A DNA stretch of 64,000 bases from an uncultured Clostridia bacterium (GTDB lineage Bacteria; Bacillota; Clostridia; TANB77; CAG-508): positions 64,417 through 128,416 of the forward strand of contig CAQPBJ010000001.1 of NCBI GenBank assembly GCA_948852945.1, given 5' to 3'. The notes under the pieces were generated by a model, which was given only the letters and a program-made list of their open reading frames with translations, made no database searches and had not been told where the DNA came from. Below, one piece after another: positions 9,782 to 18,910 of this stretch; within the stretch, counting starts at the first letter, position 1; each line of letters starts with the position of its first letter. The position numbers and the translations under genes were made by a program.

Positions 9782-10219
9782 GTGGAAAATAATAATTTAA
9801 ATGTTTTAGATGAAGTTAACAAAGGTGCTACAATGGGAATGGACGCAATCAAATTTATTGAAGAAAAAAATCATGATGCGAAACTAGAAGAAGCTTTAAA
9901 AGTGGAATATGGAAAATATAAACATATATCAGAAAGAGTAAACAATTTATATTCCGAATATACAACTGTAAAAAAGCCACATGAAACCAGCCAAATGAAT
10001 AAGATGATGACATGGTATGGAGTGCAGATGAGAACAATAACAGATGATACTCCATCTAAGCTATCAGAATTACTAATGCAAGGAACAAATATGGGAATTA
10101 TAGAAGGAAGACGTTTATTAAATAACAATACAAGAATAAAAGAAGACGTAAAAAATATACTAACAGACTTTGTTGAAATGCAAGAAGATAGTATAGAAAC
10201 ATTAAAAAAATTTCTATAA
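9782..10219 (+). CDS. Four-helix-bundle (ferritin-like, DUF2383-like) protein
   Basis: 145-aa ORF with a GTG start after a GAGGTG SD. Family assignment is tentative, from the N-terminal L..LN.....G..M..D pattern. Confidence 0.4.
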   Translation: MENNNLNVLDEVNKGATMGMDAIKFIEEKNHDAKLEEALKVEYGKYKHISERVNNLYSEYTTVKKPHETSQMNKMMTWYGVQMRTITDDTPSKLSELLMQGTNMGIIEGRRLLNNNTRIKEDVKNILTDFVEMQEDSIETLKKFL

Positions 10220-10294
10220 TACAAAAAATCAAACTAACATATAGACAAAAAAATAATAATATGTTATCATACCAAAACTGTAATATGTATATTT

Positions 10295-10399
10295 AAGTCA
10301 TCGGAGGACAGGTGCACCGTATTGCACGAGGTTACAAAATCTCATGTCAGAAAAGATGCCTGAGTAGGCTCAGTTATTTATCTAAATAACGAGCCTTTT
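10295..10399 (+). promoter_or_regulatory. Riboswitch-like leader with intrinsic terminator upstream of the MATE exporter (possibly the guanidine-IV/mepA class)
   Basis: Nested helices CAUC/GAUG (10299-10302/10355-10358), GACA/UGUC and GUGCA/UGCAC. Terminator GGCUCAGUUAUUUA-UC-UAAAUAACGAGCC+UUUU (10367-10399). Competing GCCU/AGGC hairpin overlaps the terminator's 5' arm. Confidence 0.45.
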
Positions 10400-10441
10400 A
10401 TATTGCATAAAAGTAGAAATAAAAGCGAAAGGAGAATACAA

Positions 10442-11773
10442 ATGAAAATACAGTTATCAGAGCACTTTACATATAGAAAACTAATAAAATTTACAATTCC
10501 AACAATAATAATGATGATCTTTACATCAATATATGGAATAGTAGACGGAATATTTGTATCAAATTGTGTTGGTTCTGATGCTTTTGCAGCAGTAAATTTA
10601 ATAATGCCAGCACTAATGATTTTAGGAACCTTCGGATTTATGATTGGAACAGGAGGAAGTGCTCTAGTTTCAAAAACGATAGGAGAAGGAGATAAAGAAA
10701 AAGCAAATAGATTTTTTTCAATGTTAATATATTTACTAATTATAATAGGTGGATTATTAACCATTATAGGAATACCACTAGTAAAACCGATAGCAAGACT
10801 AATAGGAGCAAAGGGAAATATGTTAGAATTATGTACAACATATGGAAGAACCTTACTATTATTTTTAATTCCATTTGTACTACAAAATAGTTTTCAAAGC
10901 TTCCTAATAGTAGCTGAAAGACCAACATTTGGATTAATTATTTCGATAATAACTGGTGTACTAAATATGTTCCTAGATTTTATATTTATATATGTTTTAA
11001 AAATGGGAGTATTTGGAGCAGCTTTAGCTACAGGAGTAAGTCAATTAATAGGAGGAATGGTTCCATTAATATATTTTATAAAACCAAATAAAAGTCCATT
11101 AAAACTAACAAAAACAAAATTTAAAGGAAAAGCGATATTACAAGCCTGCACTAATGGATCATCAGAAATGCTAACAAACCTATCAATGTCACTTGTAAAT
11201 ATGCTATTTAACCTACAACTTATGAAATATGCAGGAGCTGACGGAGTGATAGCATATGGAATAATAATGTATGTAGGATTTATATTTACAGGTACATATC
11301 TAGGATATTCAATAGGCACAGCACCAATTATATCTTATCATTATGGAGCTGAAAATACAGAAGAACTAAAAAATTTATTAAAGAAAAGCTTAATTTTGAT
11401 AACAATAACATCAGTAACAATGACAGTAATAGCAGAAATATTATCAAAAGTGCTAGCATCAATATTTGTAAGCTACGATATAGAACTATTACAAATTACT
11501 ACAAGAGCAATAAGATTGTTTTCAATATCATACATAATTAGTGGATTTAATATATTTAGTTCATCATTTTTTACCGCATTAAATAATGGAGTTGTTTCAG
11601 CAATAATTTCATTTATGAGAACACTAGTATTCCAAATAGCAATGATATATATACTTCCAATTATCTTAGGAATAGATGGAATTTGGCTTGCAGTAACTTT
11701 TGCAGAAGTATTATCATTAATAATTAGTATAATGTTCTTAGTTAGAAATAAAAAAAGATACCAGTATGCATAA
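10442..11773 (+). CDS. MATE-family efflux transporter (MepA-like)
   Basis: 12-TM-like hydrophobic profile. N-terminal L.KF..P....M...S.YGIVDGIFVS pattern. Start set at ATG 10442 with an AAAGGAG SD. Confidence 0.85.
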   Translation: MKIQLSEHFTYRKLIKFTIPTIIMMIFTSIYGIVDGIFVSNCVGSDAFAAVNLIMPALMILGTFGFMIGTGGSALVSKTIGEGDKEKANRFFSMLIYLLIIIGGLLTIIGIPLVKPIARLIGAKGNMLELCTTYGRTLLLFLIPFVLQNSFQSFLIVAERPTFGLIISIITGVLNMFLDFIFIYVLKMGVFGAALATGVSQLIGGMVPLIYFIKPNKSPLKLTKTKFKGKAILQACTNGSSEMLTNLSMSLVNMLFNLQLMKYAGADGVIAYGIIMYVGFIFTGTYLGYSIGTAPIISYHYGAENTEELKNLLKKSLILITITSVTMTVIAEILSKVLASIFVSYDIELLQITTRAIRLFSISYIISGFNIFSSSFFTALNNGVVSAIISFMRTLVFQIAMIYILPIILGIDGIWLAVTFAEVLSLIISIMFLVRNKKRYQYA

Positions 11774-11860
11774 TATATAAAATGCACAAACACCAACAGA
11801 CTAGACCTTTTAAAGTAAATATGATATAATAAAAAAAGCTTTTGCAACAAAGGAGGTAGC

Positions 11861-12058
11861 ATGATGCAAAAGAATATACGGAAAGATGTCGACAGTGCAT
11901 CAAGCAAGGGGATAGTTTCCCAATCCGAAAAAAGCAGCCAAAGAATTGCTAAAGAGATGGTTGTACAGCATAAATGCGAAGAATATTTCTGCTGTGAACA
12001 GAGCTCTTTTTGCAACAACGGCGAAGCGTGCTGTATTAGTTCGCACAGCACACGCTAA
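11861..12058 (+). CDS. Hypothetical 65-aa Cys-rich small protein (high-GC cassette B)
   Basis: TG-n-TATAAT promoter, AAGGAGGT SD, GC-rich ORF. The C-terminal 30 aa contain six Cys (CEEYFCCEQSSFCNNGEACC). Terminator at 12065-12106. Confidence 0.4.
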   Translation: MMQKNIRKDVDSASSKGIVSQSEKSSQRIAKEMVVQHKCEEYFCCEQSSFCNNGEACCISSHSTR

Positions 12059-12064
12059 AAGCGA

Positions 12065-12106
12065 AACAGCAGCCCACCTGTGTAAATAGGTGGGCTGTTG
12101 TTTTTA
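12065..12106 (+). terminator. Intrinsic terminator of cassette B
   Basis: AACAGCAGCCCACCT-GTGTAAAT-AGGTGGGCTGTTGTT + TTTT. Confidence 0.8.
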
Positions 12107-12152
12107 TTATATACTAAATAATTATAGTAAAAGTTTAATTTGTGTTTTAATT

Positions 12153-12854
12153 TTAATCATCTTTAAATTCTTTAGAAAGTTTAGCAATAGCTTTAGTCTC
12201 AATACGTGAAACATATGACCTAGAAATACCAAAAATCTTTGCCACTTGATTCTGAGTCAAAGGAGCAGAGTTATTTAATCCAAATCTGAGAATAAGTATT
12301 TCTTTTTCTCTAGGCTGTAAAAGTGAATCCATTTTTTTATAAAGTTTACTTTGTTTTAATTTTAAATCAATAGCTTCTTCAATACTACGTTCATTATTTT
12401 CTAAAATTTCTTGAAGAGTTATAACATTATCATCTTTATCTTTACCAATAGGTTCGTTAAGATATACTTCTGCATTCAGTTTTTTAGAATTTCTAAAAAA
12501 CATAAGAATTTCATTTTCAATACAACGTGATATATATGTAGATAACTTCACACCTTTGCTAAAATTATAACTATTAATCCCTTTAATAAGTCCAATAGTA
12601 CCAATAGAAATCAAATCATCAAGACTGGCAGAAGCAGAAGAATATTTTTTAGCAATATGAGCAACCAATCTTAAATTCCTTTCAATTAAAACATTTTTTG
12701 ACTCAATACTTCCTTTTTCAAATTCTTTCAAATGAAATTCTTCTTCTTCACTAGAAAGTGGGTCAGGAAAAAGAGCATTATTAGATATATAACCAACTAA
12801 AAAAATAGATGAATTAAGAAAATTAAAAAAACACGGAATAGATAATACAAGCAT
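12153..12854 (-). CDS. sigK: Sporulation sigma factor SigK (pro-sigma-K), uninterrupted
   Basis: Pro-sequence plus YISNNALFPDPLSSEEE, close to B. subtilis YVKNNAFPQPLSSSEE. NLRLVAHIAKKY and GISRSYVSRIE regions. Confidence 0.85.
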   Translation of the reverse strand: MLVLSIPCFFNFLNSSIFLVGYISNNALFPDPLSSEEEEFHLKEFEKGSIESKNVLIERNLRLVAHIAKKYSSASASLDDLISIGTIGLIKGINSYNFSKGVKLSTYISRCIENEILMFFRNSKKLNAEVYLNEPIGKDKDDNVITLQEILENNERSIEEAIDLKLKQSKLYKKMDSLLQPREKEILILRFGLNNSAPLTQNQVAKIFGISRSYVSRIETKAIAKLSKEFKDD

Positions 12855-13050
12855 AGTAGACCTCCAGATATCTATATAAAAATATATGAGATTAAAATAA
12901 AAAAGTGCGTGTCAACATTAAAATAAACTTGTCATAAAATGTCCATATGGCATAAAGTAAGGTTAAAAATTATTTATCACTTGATACAAAATTGAAAAAA
13001 TACAGCCAATATGCTATAATATATGTATCACAACATAAGGAGGTAGCTAT

Positions 13051-13326
13051 ATGGATAGCGAATTAACACGGAGCAGGATCAAACAGATGGAGTATGACTC
13101 ACCACTTCCGTGGGAACACGAAGGCAAAATGAAACACTATGAAGAAGTTTTCATCAACCCCGGAGGAGAGGAAACTCACGAAAAAGCGCAGGAACACCTG
13201 AAAGCCATCCAGAAGGCACACCCGGAAAGCAGCGGCTGGTATTGCCCCTGTGGACATGAAGGTGTGTTCAAGGATGAAACTGATGGCAAGTGGTATGCTT
13301 ACCGCCATCACGCTCAGTATGTCTAA
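13051..13326 (+). CDS. Hypothetical 91-aa protein (high-GC cassette C)
   Basis: TG-C-TATAAT promoter, AAGGAGGT SD. About 47% GC by hand count of the first 60 nt. Terminator at 13344-13372. Confidence 0.45.
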   Translation: MDSELTRSRIKQMEYDSPLPWEHEGKMKHYEEVFINPGGEETHEKAQEHLKAIQKAHPESSGWYCPCGHEGVFKDETDGKWYAYRHHAQYV

Positions 13327-13343
13327 TCCAGAAAAAAGCTACG

Positions 13344-13372
13344 CCCCCGGCTGTTACCAATTCAGCCGGGGG
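13344..13372 (+). terminator. Intrinsic terminator of cassette C
   Basis: CCCCCGGCTG-TTACCAATT-CAGCCGGGGG hairpin. Confidence 0.7.
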
Positions 13373-13460
13373 TAATTCTATTTTAAAAAGACTTTACTAA
13401 GAACTAAATTTGTTATAAAATTTAATAGCTGATAAATAATAAATAAAGGTTGTATCAAAA

Positions 13461-14342
13461 ATGAAAGAACTAGAAGAATGCACATTATGCCCATTTAAAT
13501 GCAAAGTAAATAGAAATAAAAACGAATTAGGAAGATGCCGAGCGGGAAATAAAATTAAAATAGGCTTATATTCACTTCACTATGATGAAGAACCATGTAT
13601 AAGTGGAAAATCAGGTTCAGGAACAGTATTTTTTAGTAACTGTAATTTAAAATGTGAATTTTGCCAAAATTATAAAATAAGTTGTGAATCAAAAGGTGAA
13701 GAAATATCAATAGAAAAATTATCAGAAATATTTTTAGAGCAACAAAATAATGGAGCTAATAATATAAATTTAGTAACAGCTGTACCATACATACCACATA
13801 TATTAGAAGCAATAAAAAAAGCAAAAGAAAAAGGACTAAATATCCCGATTCTTTATAATACAAGTGGCTATGAAAATATAGAAACACTAAAGATGCTTGA
13901 AGGATATATTGATATATACTTACCAGATTTTAAATACTATGATAACGACTTGGCAATGCGTTTGTCAAAAGTAAAAGACTATAGAGAAAAAGCCGAAGCA
14001 GCAATTTTAGAAATGAAAAGACAAGTTGGAGAAAATATATATGACCAAAATGGAATAATGCGAAAAGGATTAATAATAAGACATTTAGTATTACCAAACA
14101 ATATACAAAATTCAAAAGATATTTTAAAATGGATAAAAGAAAATTTAGGAGAAGAAACAACAATTAGTTTAATGGCGCAATATTTTCCAACATACAAAGC
14201 TTTAGAAAATAAAGAAATAAATAGGAAACTAACAAAAGAAGAATATGAAGAAATAGAAAACTATTTATATGAATTAAATCTTAAAAATGGATATATTCAA
14301 GATTTAGAAGATGAAGAAGAAAAATATGTGCCAAAATTTTAA
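13461..14342 (+). CDS. Radical SAM protein, PflX-like (PFL-activase homolog family)
   Basis: CNLKCEFCQNY CX3CX2C motif preceded by CTLCPFKC...GRCRAG. Confidence 0.75.
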   Translation: MKELEECTLCPFKCKVNRNKNELGRCRAGNKIKIGLYSLHYDEEPCISGKSGSGTVFFSNCNLKCEFCQNYKISCESKGEEISIEKLSEIFLEQQNNGANNINLVTAVPYIPHILEAIKKAKEKGLNIPILYNTSGYENIETLKMLEGYIDIYLPDFKYYDNDLAMRLSKVKDYREKAEAAILEMKRQVGENIYDQNGIMRKGLIIRHLVLPNNIQNSKDILKWIKENLGEETTISLMAQYFPTYKALENKEINRKLTKEEYEEIENYLYELNLKNGYIQDLEDEEEKYVPKF

Positions 14343-14354
14343 GGAGGAATGATT

Positions 14355-14981
14355 ATGAAAATAATATATGGAACAAGTAATGAAGGAAAAATAGCAGACA
14401 TGAAAAGAATAATAACAGAAAACAACATTGACATAGAAATATTAACTGCAAAAGATATAGGATTTGATAAAGATATAATTGAAGATGGAAAAACATTTGA
14501 AGAAAATTCAGAAATAAAAGCAAAAGCAATTGCGGAATACTGTAATGAAAATAATATAAAAGGAATAGTAATAACAGATGATGCAGGATTATGTATAGAT
14601 AAACTAAATGGAGAACCAGGAGTATATTCAGCAAGATATGCAGGAGACCATGCACCACAAATAGAATGTATTAACAAAATATTAGACAAAATGAAACAAT
14701 ACGAAAATATGGAAGAAAGAACATGCCAATTTGTATGTGTGTTAACAGCTATTATATTAGCAACAGGAGAAAAAATAGTTGCAAGAGGAGAATGCAAAGG
14801 AAGTATAGCAAAGGAACATGGTAAATTAGGAGGATTAACATATAGTCCAATATTTATACCATATGGATTTACTGAACCAATGAGTAACATGCCAAAGGAA
14901 AAATATGAAAAACAACACAACCATAGAAATATGGCAACAAAAGAAATAATAAAAAATTTAAAAGAAAGAAAAATATTATAA
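14355..14981 (+). CDS. rdgB: Non-canonical purine NTP pyrophosphatase (RdgB/HAM1)
   Basis: GTSNEGKI N-terminus and DDAGLCIDKLNGEPGVYSARYAG motif. Start chosen at the second ATG for SD spacing. Confidence 0.85.
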   Translation: MKIIYGTSNEGKIADMKRIITENNIDIEILTAKDIGFDKDIIEDGKTFEENSEIKAKAIAEYCNENNIKGIVITDDAGLCIDKLNGEPGVYSARYAGDHAPQIECINKILDKMKQYENMEERTCQFVCVLTAIILATGEKIVARGECKGSIAKEHGKLGGLTYSPIFIPYGFTEPMSNMPKEKYEKQHNHRNMATKEIIKNLKERKIL

Positions 14982-14999
14982 TATAGAATAAAAATAAAA

Positions 15000-15032
15000 A
15001 AAGACAAGATTTTTGGAAAAACTTGTCTTTTT
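15000..15032 (+). terminator. Intrinsic terminator after rdgB
   Basis: AAGACAAGATTTTTGGAAAAACTTGTCTT + TTTT. Confidence 0.8.
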
Positions 15033-15211
15033 TATTTACTCCCAATATTAATTATACTATAAAATAGATAATAAATCAAATAATAAAATGCAATAAATTA
15101 AAGAGAATAATATAAGAAAAAAAGAGAAAAATATAATTAGATTAAACTTAAATAGATTTAAAAAAGAAAAAATGGTTTGAAGCATATAAAAAAATATGCT
15201 AATATATAAAT

Positions 15212-15420
15212 ATAAATAAGTTAATAAGTTTCCCTACATGGTGCGTTTTTGACAGAGTTTTTAGAACCTACAAGTTTTGGAGAAGGGAGCATGATCTCTG
15301 AATATGGCGTGTATGCTTGCTTTTTAAGTAAGAAACCCAGAAGTATTTAGGACGGCACCCACCTGTTTTAGGACAGGTCCATAAAAATTCTTATTCATGA
15401 CGGCTGATGTGGGGCATTTT
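15212..15420 (+). ncRNA. Candidate structured sRNA, 6S-RNA-like
   Basis: TTGAAG-17-TAATAT promoter (15177-15205). About 200-nt GC-enriched non-coding segment. 5' CCCUACAU pairs with 3' AUGUGGGG, AGAGUUUUU pairs with AAAAAUUCU, with a central unpaired region. Ends in a U-run. Confidence 0.38.
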
Positions 15421-15448
15421 TTAATTAAGTGATTAAATATGATAGAAA

Positions 15449-15618
15449 CTAAATACAGTGAAAAAGATTATTTTGAAAATGCGCTAGCGACCAAACGTAG
15501 TAAAAACATAGTTTTTACGAAGTGCGAATTTGAGCAATCTACAATATAAAAACGGAGTTTTTTATTCAGGAGATTGCGAAGAGCAAATTTTTAAAATAAT
15601 CTTTTTCACTGTATTTAG
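15449..15618 (+). repeat. Structured repeat element, copy 1 (conserved core 15480-15587)
   Basis: Core TGCGCTAGCGACCAAACG-[hairpin]-AGTGCGAATTTGAGCAATCTACAATATAAAAACGGAGTTTTTTATTC-GGAGATTGCGAAGAGCAAA. About 30-bp outer stem (one G-U). Confidence 0.8.
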
Positions 15619-15689
15619 TGCTAATTATATTAAGAACGCCTTTACAACAAAACCTAAAAATGCTAAAATAAAAAGCACTTGGAGGCAAT

Positions 15690-16514
15690 ATGAAAGTAAA
15701 AGAAGCAATTAAATATGGAATAAATGAATTAAATAATATAGAAGAAAAAATAATAAAAATAAAACTATTATTATCATATTGCATGAACGTAGAAAAAGAG
15801 TATTTAATTACACATGATGAAGAAGAATTAAAAGAGAACGTAACTAAAAATTATAAAATAGGCGTAGAAAAACTAAAAAACAATATCCCAATTCAACATA
15901 TAACAGGAATTCAAGAGTTCTATGGAAGAAAATTTAAAGTAAACGAAAATGTTTTGATTCCAAGATATGATACTGAAATTTTAATACAAGAAACTCTAAA
16001 AGTGGCAAAAGACAATGATAAAATACTAGATATGTGTACAGGAAGTGGAATAATAGGCGTAACTTTATCAAAAGAAGTAAAAAATTCTAAAGTTTATGCA
16101 GCGGACATAAGTGAAAAAGCTTTAGAAATAGCAAAAGAAAATAATAAAATACATAATGGCAGAGTAAATTTTATACATTCAAATTTATTTGAAAATATAC
16201 AGGAAACCAACTTTGATATAATTGTTTCAAATCCACCATATATAAATGAAAAAGATATTCAAAATTTAGAAGAACAAGTAAAAAAAGAACCATACATAGC
16301 TTTATATGGGGGAAAAGATGGATTAGAGTTTTATAAAAAAATAGCAAGAGATGCAAAAAAAACAATAAATCAAAATGGGTACATCATATTTGAAATTGGA
16401 TATAATCAAAAAAATGATGTATTAGAAATACTAGAAGAAAATGGATATACACAAATAAAATGTGTACAAGATTTAAATGGAATAGATAGAGTAATTATAG
16501 GAAAGAAGGAATAA
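15690..16514 (+). CDS. prmC: Release-factor glutamine N5-methyltransferase
   Basis: 274-aa ORF with GTGSG SAM motif and the NPPY catalytic motif (IVSNPPYI). Confidence 0.85.
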   Translation: MKVKEAIKYGINELNNIEEKIIKIKLLLSYCMNVEKEYLITHDEEELKENVTKNYKIGVEKLKNNIPIQHITGIQEFYGRKFKVNENVLIPRYDTEILIQETLKVAKDNDKILDMCTGSGIIGVTLSKEVKNSKVYAADISEKALEIAKENNKIHNGRVNFIHSNLFENIQETNFDIIVSNPPYINEKDIQNLEEQVKKEPYIALYGGKDGLEFYKKIARDAKKTINQNGYIIFEIGYNQKNDVLEILEENGYTQIKCVQDLNGIDRVIIGKKE

Positions 16515-16516
16515 CA

Positions 16517-17359
16517 ATGTCTTTCTCATCAGAAGTAAAAGAAGAATTAAGTAAAATAAATAACTTTTCTAAAAAAGAATTTATTGAAGCAGAATTAATA
16601 GGATACCTATTATCAGCAAATACAAAAATAGAAAAGAAAAATATAGAGTTTCTTACTGAAAATGAATTTAATATAGAAAGAATATATAAAATTTTATTTA
16701 AACTAGATATAGAGTACGAACCAGAAATAAAAGGCAAAACCTACACAGCTAAAATAGAAAATATAGGATTAAGAAAAGTAGAAGAACTAAAAAAAGAAGA
16801 AGAAAAAAAAGCATTAGTCAGGGGCATATTTTTAGGTAGTGGTTCAATAAATGATCCAAACAAAAAATATCATTTAGAAATATTGTTAAACAATAAAGAT
16901 ATAGCACAATACATTCAAAATATATTAAAAGAATCAGGAATAAAAACAAAAATATTAGAAAAAAATAATACAATTTATATAAAAGAAGGTGAAGAAATTT
17001 CAAAATTCTTAGCCTTTATAGGAGCACAAAAATCTGTATTAAAATTTGAAGACATACGTGTAATGAAAGATATGAGAAATACAGTAAACAGACAAGTAAA
17101 TTGTGAAACAGCAAATCTAAATAAAACAGTAGGTGCAGCAGTTGTACAAATAGATGCAATAAACTTTCTTAAAAAAATGAAAAAATACGAAGAGCTTCCA
17201 GATCCATTAATAGAAATAGCAGAACTAAGAATAGAATATCCAGAAATGAGTTTAAAAGATTTAGGAATGCATCTAGAAAATCCAATAGGAAAATCAGGAG
17301 TAAACCACAGATTAAAAAAAATAATTGAAATTGCAGATGAATTTAAAAGGGGAAATTAA
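16517..17359 (+). CDS. whiA: DNA-binding protein WhiA
   Basis: MSFSSEVKEEL start as in B. subtilis WhiA. C-terminal HTH region (KSGVNHRLKKI). Confidence 0.8.
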   Translation: MSFSSEVKEELSKINNFSKKEFIEAELIGYLLSANTKIEKKNIEFLTENEFNIERIYKILFKLDIEYEPEIKGKTYTAKIENIGLRKVEELKKEEEKKALVRGIFLGSGSINDPNKKYHLEILLNNKDIAQYIQNILKESGIKTKILEKNNTIYIKEGEEISKFLAFIGAQKSVLKFEDIRVMKDMRNTVNRQVNCETANLNKTVGAAVVQIDAINFLKKMKKYEELPDPLIEIAELRIEYPEMSLKDLGMHLENPIGKSGVNHRLKKIIEIADEFKRGN

Positions 17360-18475
17360 ATGAAAGAAATAGGAATATATGTTCACATTCCATATTGTAA
17401 AAGTAAATGCTATTACTGTGATTTTATTTCATTCTCAAAAAAAGATGAAACAATTGAGAAATACATAGAAACAATAAAAAAAGAAATAGATATATGCATG
17501 CTAGGAGGATTCAACATAAAAACAATTTATATAGGAGGTGGAACACCATCTTATATAGAAAGTAAATATATATTAGAAATAATAGCAAAAATAAAAGAAA
17601 AATTTATTGTAGTACAAAATGCAGAAACAACAATAGAAGTAAATCCAGGAACAATAACAAAAGAAAAATTACAAGATTATAAAAAAGCAGGAATAAATAG
17701 ATTAAGTATAGGACTTCAATCAACAGACAATAAAACTTTAAAGCAAATAGGAAGAATTCACACATATGAAGAATTTTTAGAAACATATGATTTAGCCAGA
17801 GAAGTCGGATTTAAAAATATAAATGTAGATTTTATATTTGCACTTCCAAATTCAGATGAATGGGGAACAGCACTACAAATAAGTGAAATAATAAATTTGA
17901 AACCAGAACATATATCAAGCTACTCATTAATATTAGAAGAAAATACAAAATTAAAAGAATTAGTTGAAAGTGGAGAAGTAGCATTACCAACAGAAGATGA
18001 AGAAAGAAAAATGTATTGGAAAATGAAAAATTTACTAGAAGAACATGGCTATAAACATTATGAAATTTCAAACTTTGCTATTCCTGGATATGAATCAAAA
18101 CATAATGTAGATTGCTGGAATCAAAACGAATATCTAGGATTCGGAGCAGCGGCACACAGTTACTTTAATGGAAAAAGATATTCAAATAGTAAAACAATAG
18201 AAGAGTATATCGAAAAATATCATAATAAAAATATAGAAGAAGAACAAAATAAAGAAATGATGGCAAAAGAATATATGATGTTAGGATTGAGAAAAATAGA
18301 AGGAGTATCAATATCAGAGTTTGAAAGAAAATTCCAAATTAACCCACTATTTTATTTTAGATTTGAAATAAGCAAACTAGTTGAAGAAGAACTAATTGAA
18401 ATTGATCTAGATAACATTAAGCTAACAGACAAAGGCTTAGATTTCGCTAATAAAGTATTTGAAGAATTTATATAA
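17360..18475 (+). CDS. hemW: Radical SAM heme chaperone HemW (HemN-like)
   Basis: YVHIPYCKSKCYYCDF radical SAM motif. Position directly before the hrcA operon is typical of Firmicutes. Confidence 0.85.
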   Translation: MKEIGIYVHIPYCKSKCYYCDFISFSKKDETIEKYIETIKKEIDICMLGGFNIKTIYIGGGTPSYIESKYILEIIAKIKEKFIVVQNAETTIEVNPGTITKEKLQDYKKAGINRLSIGLQSTDNKTLKQIGRIHTYEEFLETYDLAREVGFKNINVDFIFALPNSDEWGTALQISEIINLKPEHISSYSLILEENTKLKELVESGEVALPTEDEERKMYWKMKNLLEEHGYKHYEISNFAIPGYESKHNVDCWNQNEYLGFGAAAHSYFNGKRYSNSKTIEEYIEKYHNKNIEEEQNKEMMAKEYMMLGLRKIEGVSISEFERKFQINPLFYFRFEISKLVEEELIEIDLDNIKLTDKGLDFANKVFEEFI

Positions 18476-18479
18476 ATTT

Positions 18480-18512
18480 AAAAGGATATCCTTACCACTG
18501 GATATCTTTTTT
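18480..18512 (+). terminator. Intrinsic terminator after hemW
   Basis: AAAAGGATATCC-TTACCACT-GGATATCTTTTTT. Confidence 0.8.
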
Positions 18513-18556
18513 ATATTCATAAAGAAAAGAGCATCACACCTGATGCCCCAAATAGA

Positions 18557-18778
18557 TTAGGAGAAATACTCCTTATGAAGAGATACGATTAAATTAGCAT
18601 TCACCAAAACCTTCCTAGAGTCGGGGTTCCCATAACTACGGTTAGGGCTCACTCTCTGGCAGGCCTCAATCAAACGCCGCTTTAATTCATCAGAACAGTT
18701 AGATTTTAAAGACCCATTTGCATCAAAAGCAATGTTAAAGAGTTGATCAAATCTTGTTAAATCAGACTGATTCATCAT
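18557..18778 (-). CDS. Hypothetical 73-aa protein (high-GC cassette D)
   Basis: GC-rich ORF with its own CTTGAC/TGTATAAT-like promoter and AGGAGGT SD on the minus strand. Terminator GGGGCATCA-GGTG-TGATGCTC at 18522-18549. Confidence 0.4.
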   Translation of the reverse strand: MMNQSDLTRFDQLFNIAFDANGSLKSNCSDELKRRLIEACQRVSPNRSYGNPDSRKVLVNANLIVSLHKEYFS

Positions 18779-18910
18779 CTACCTCCTGATAAAATTTATC
18801 TTAACAATTATACAATTTTGTCGAAAAAAGTCAAGAAAATGAGTAGAAAAAATACTAAAAATAGTAAAATGTAAAGAGTAAAATAAAACTAGAAAAAAAT
18901 AAAAATAATT

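Noticed and set aside
15232-15417. SRP (4.5S/scRNA) identity for the structured segment upstream of prmC.
   Set aside because: It contains CAGGUCC, but it lacks the GGAA-tetraloop and the AGCA/GGAAG domain IV arrangement in the right order.
15530-15712. ORFs 15530-15712 and 31657-31845 both start MSNLQYKNGVFYS, inside the structured repeat.
   Set aside because: Similarity stops after 13 codons, where the repeat core ends. They have a TTG start and no SD. Copy 3 has no equivalent ORF. The conservation is explained by RNA or DNA structure.
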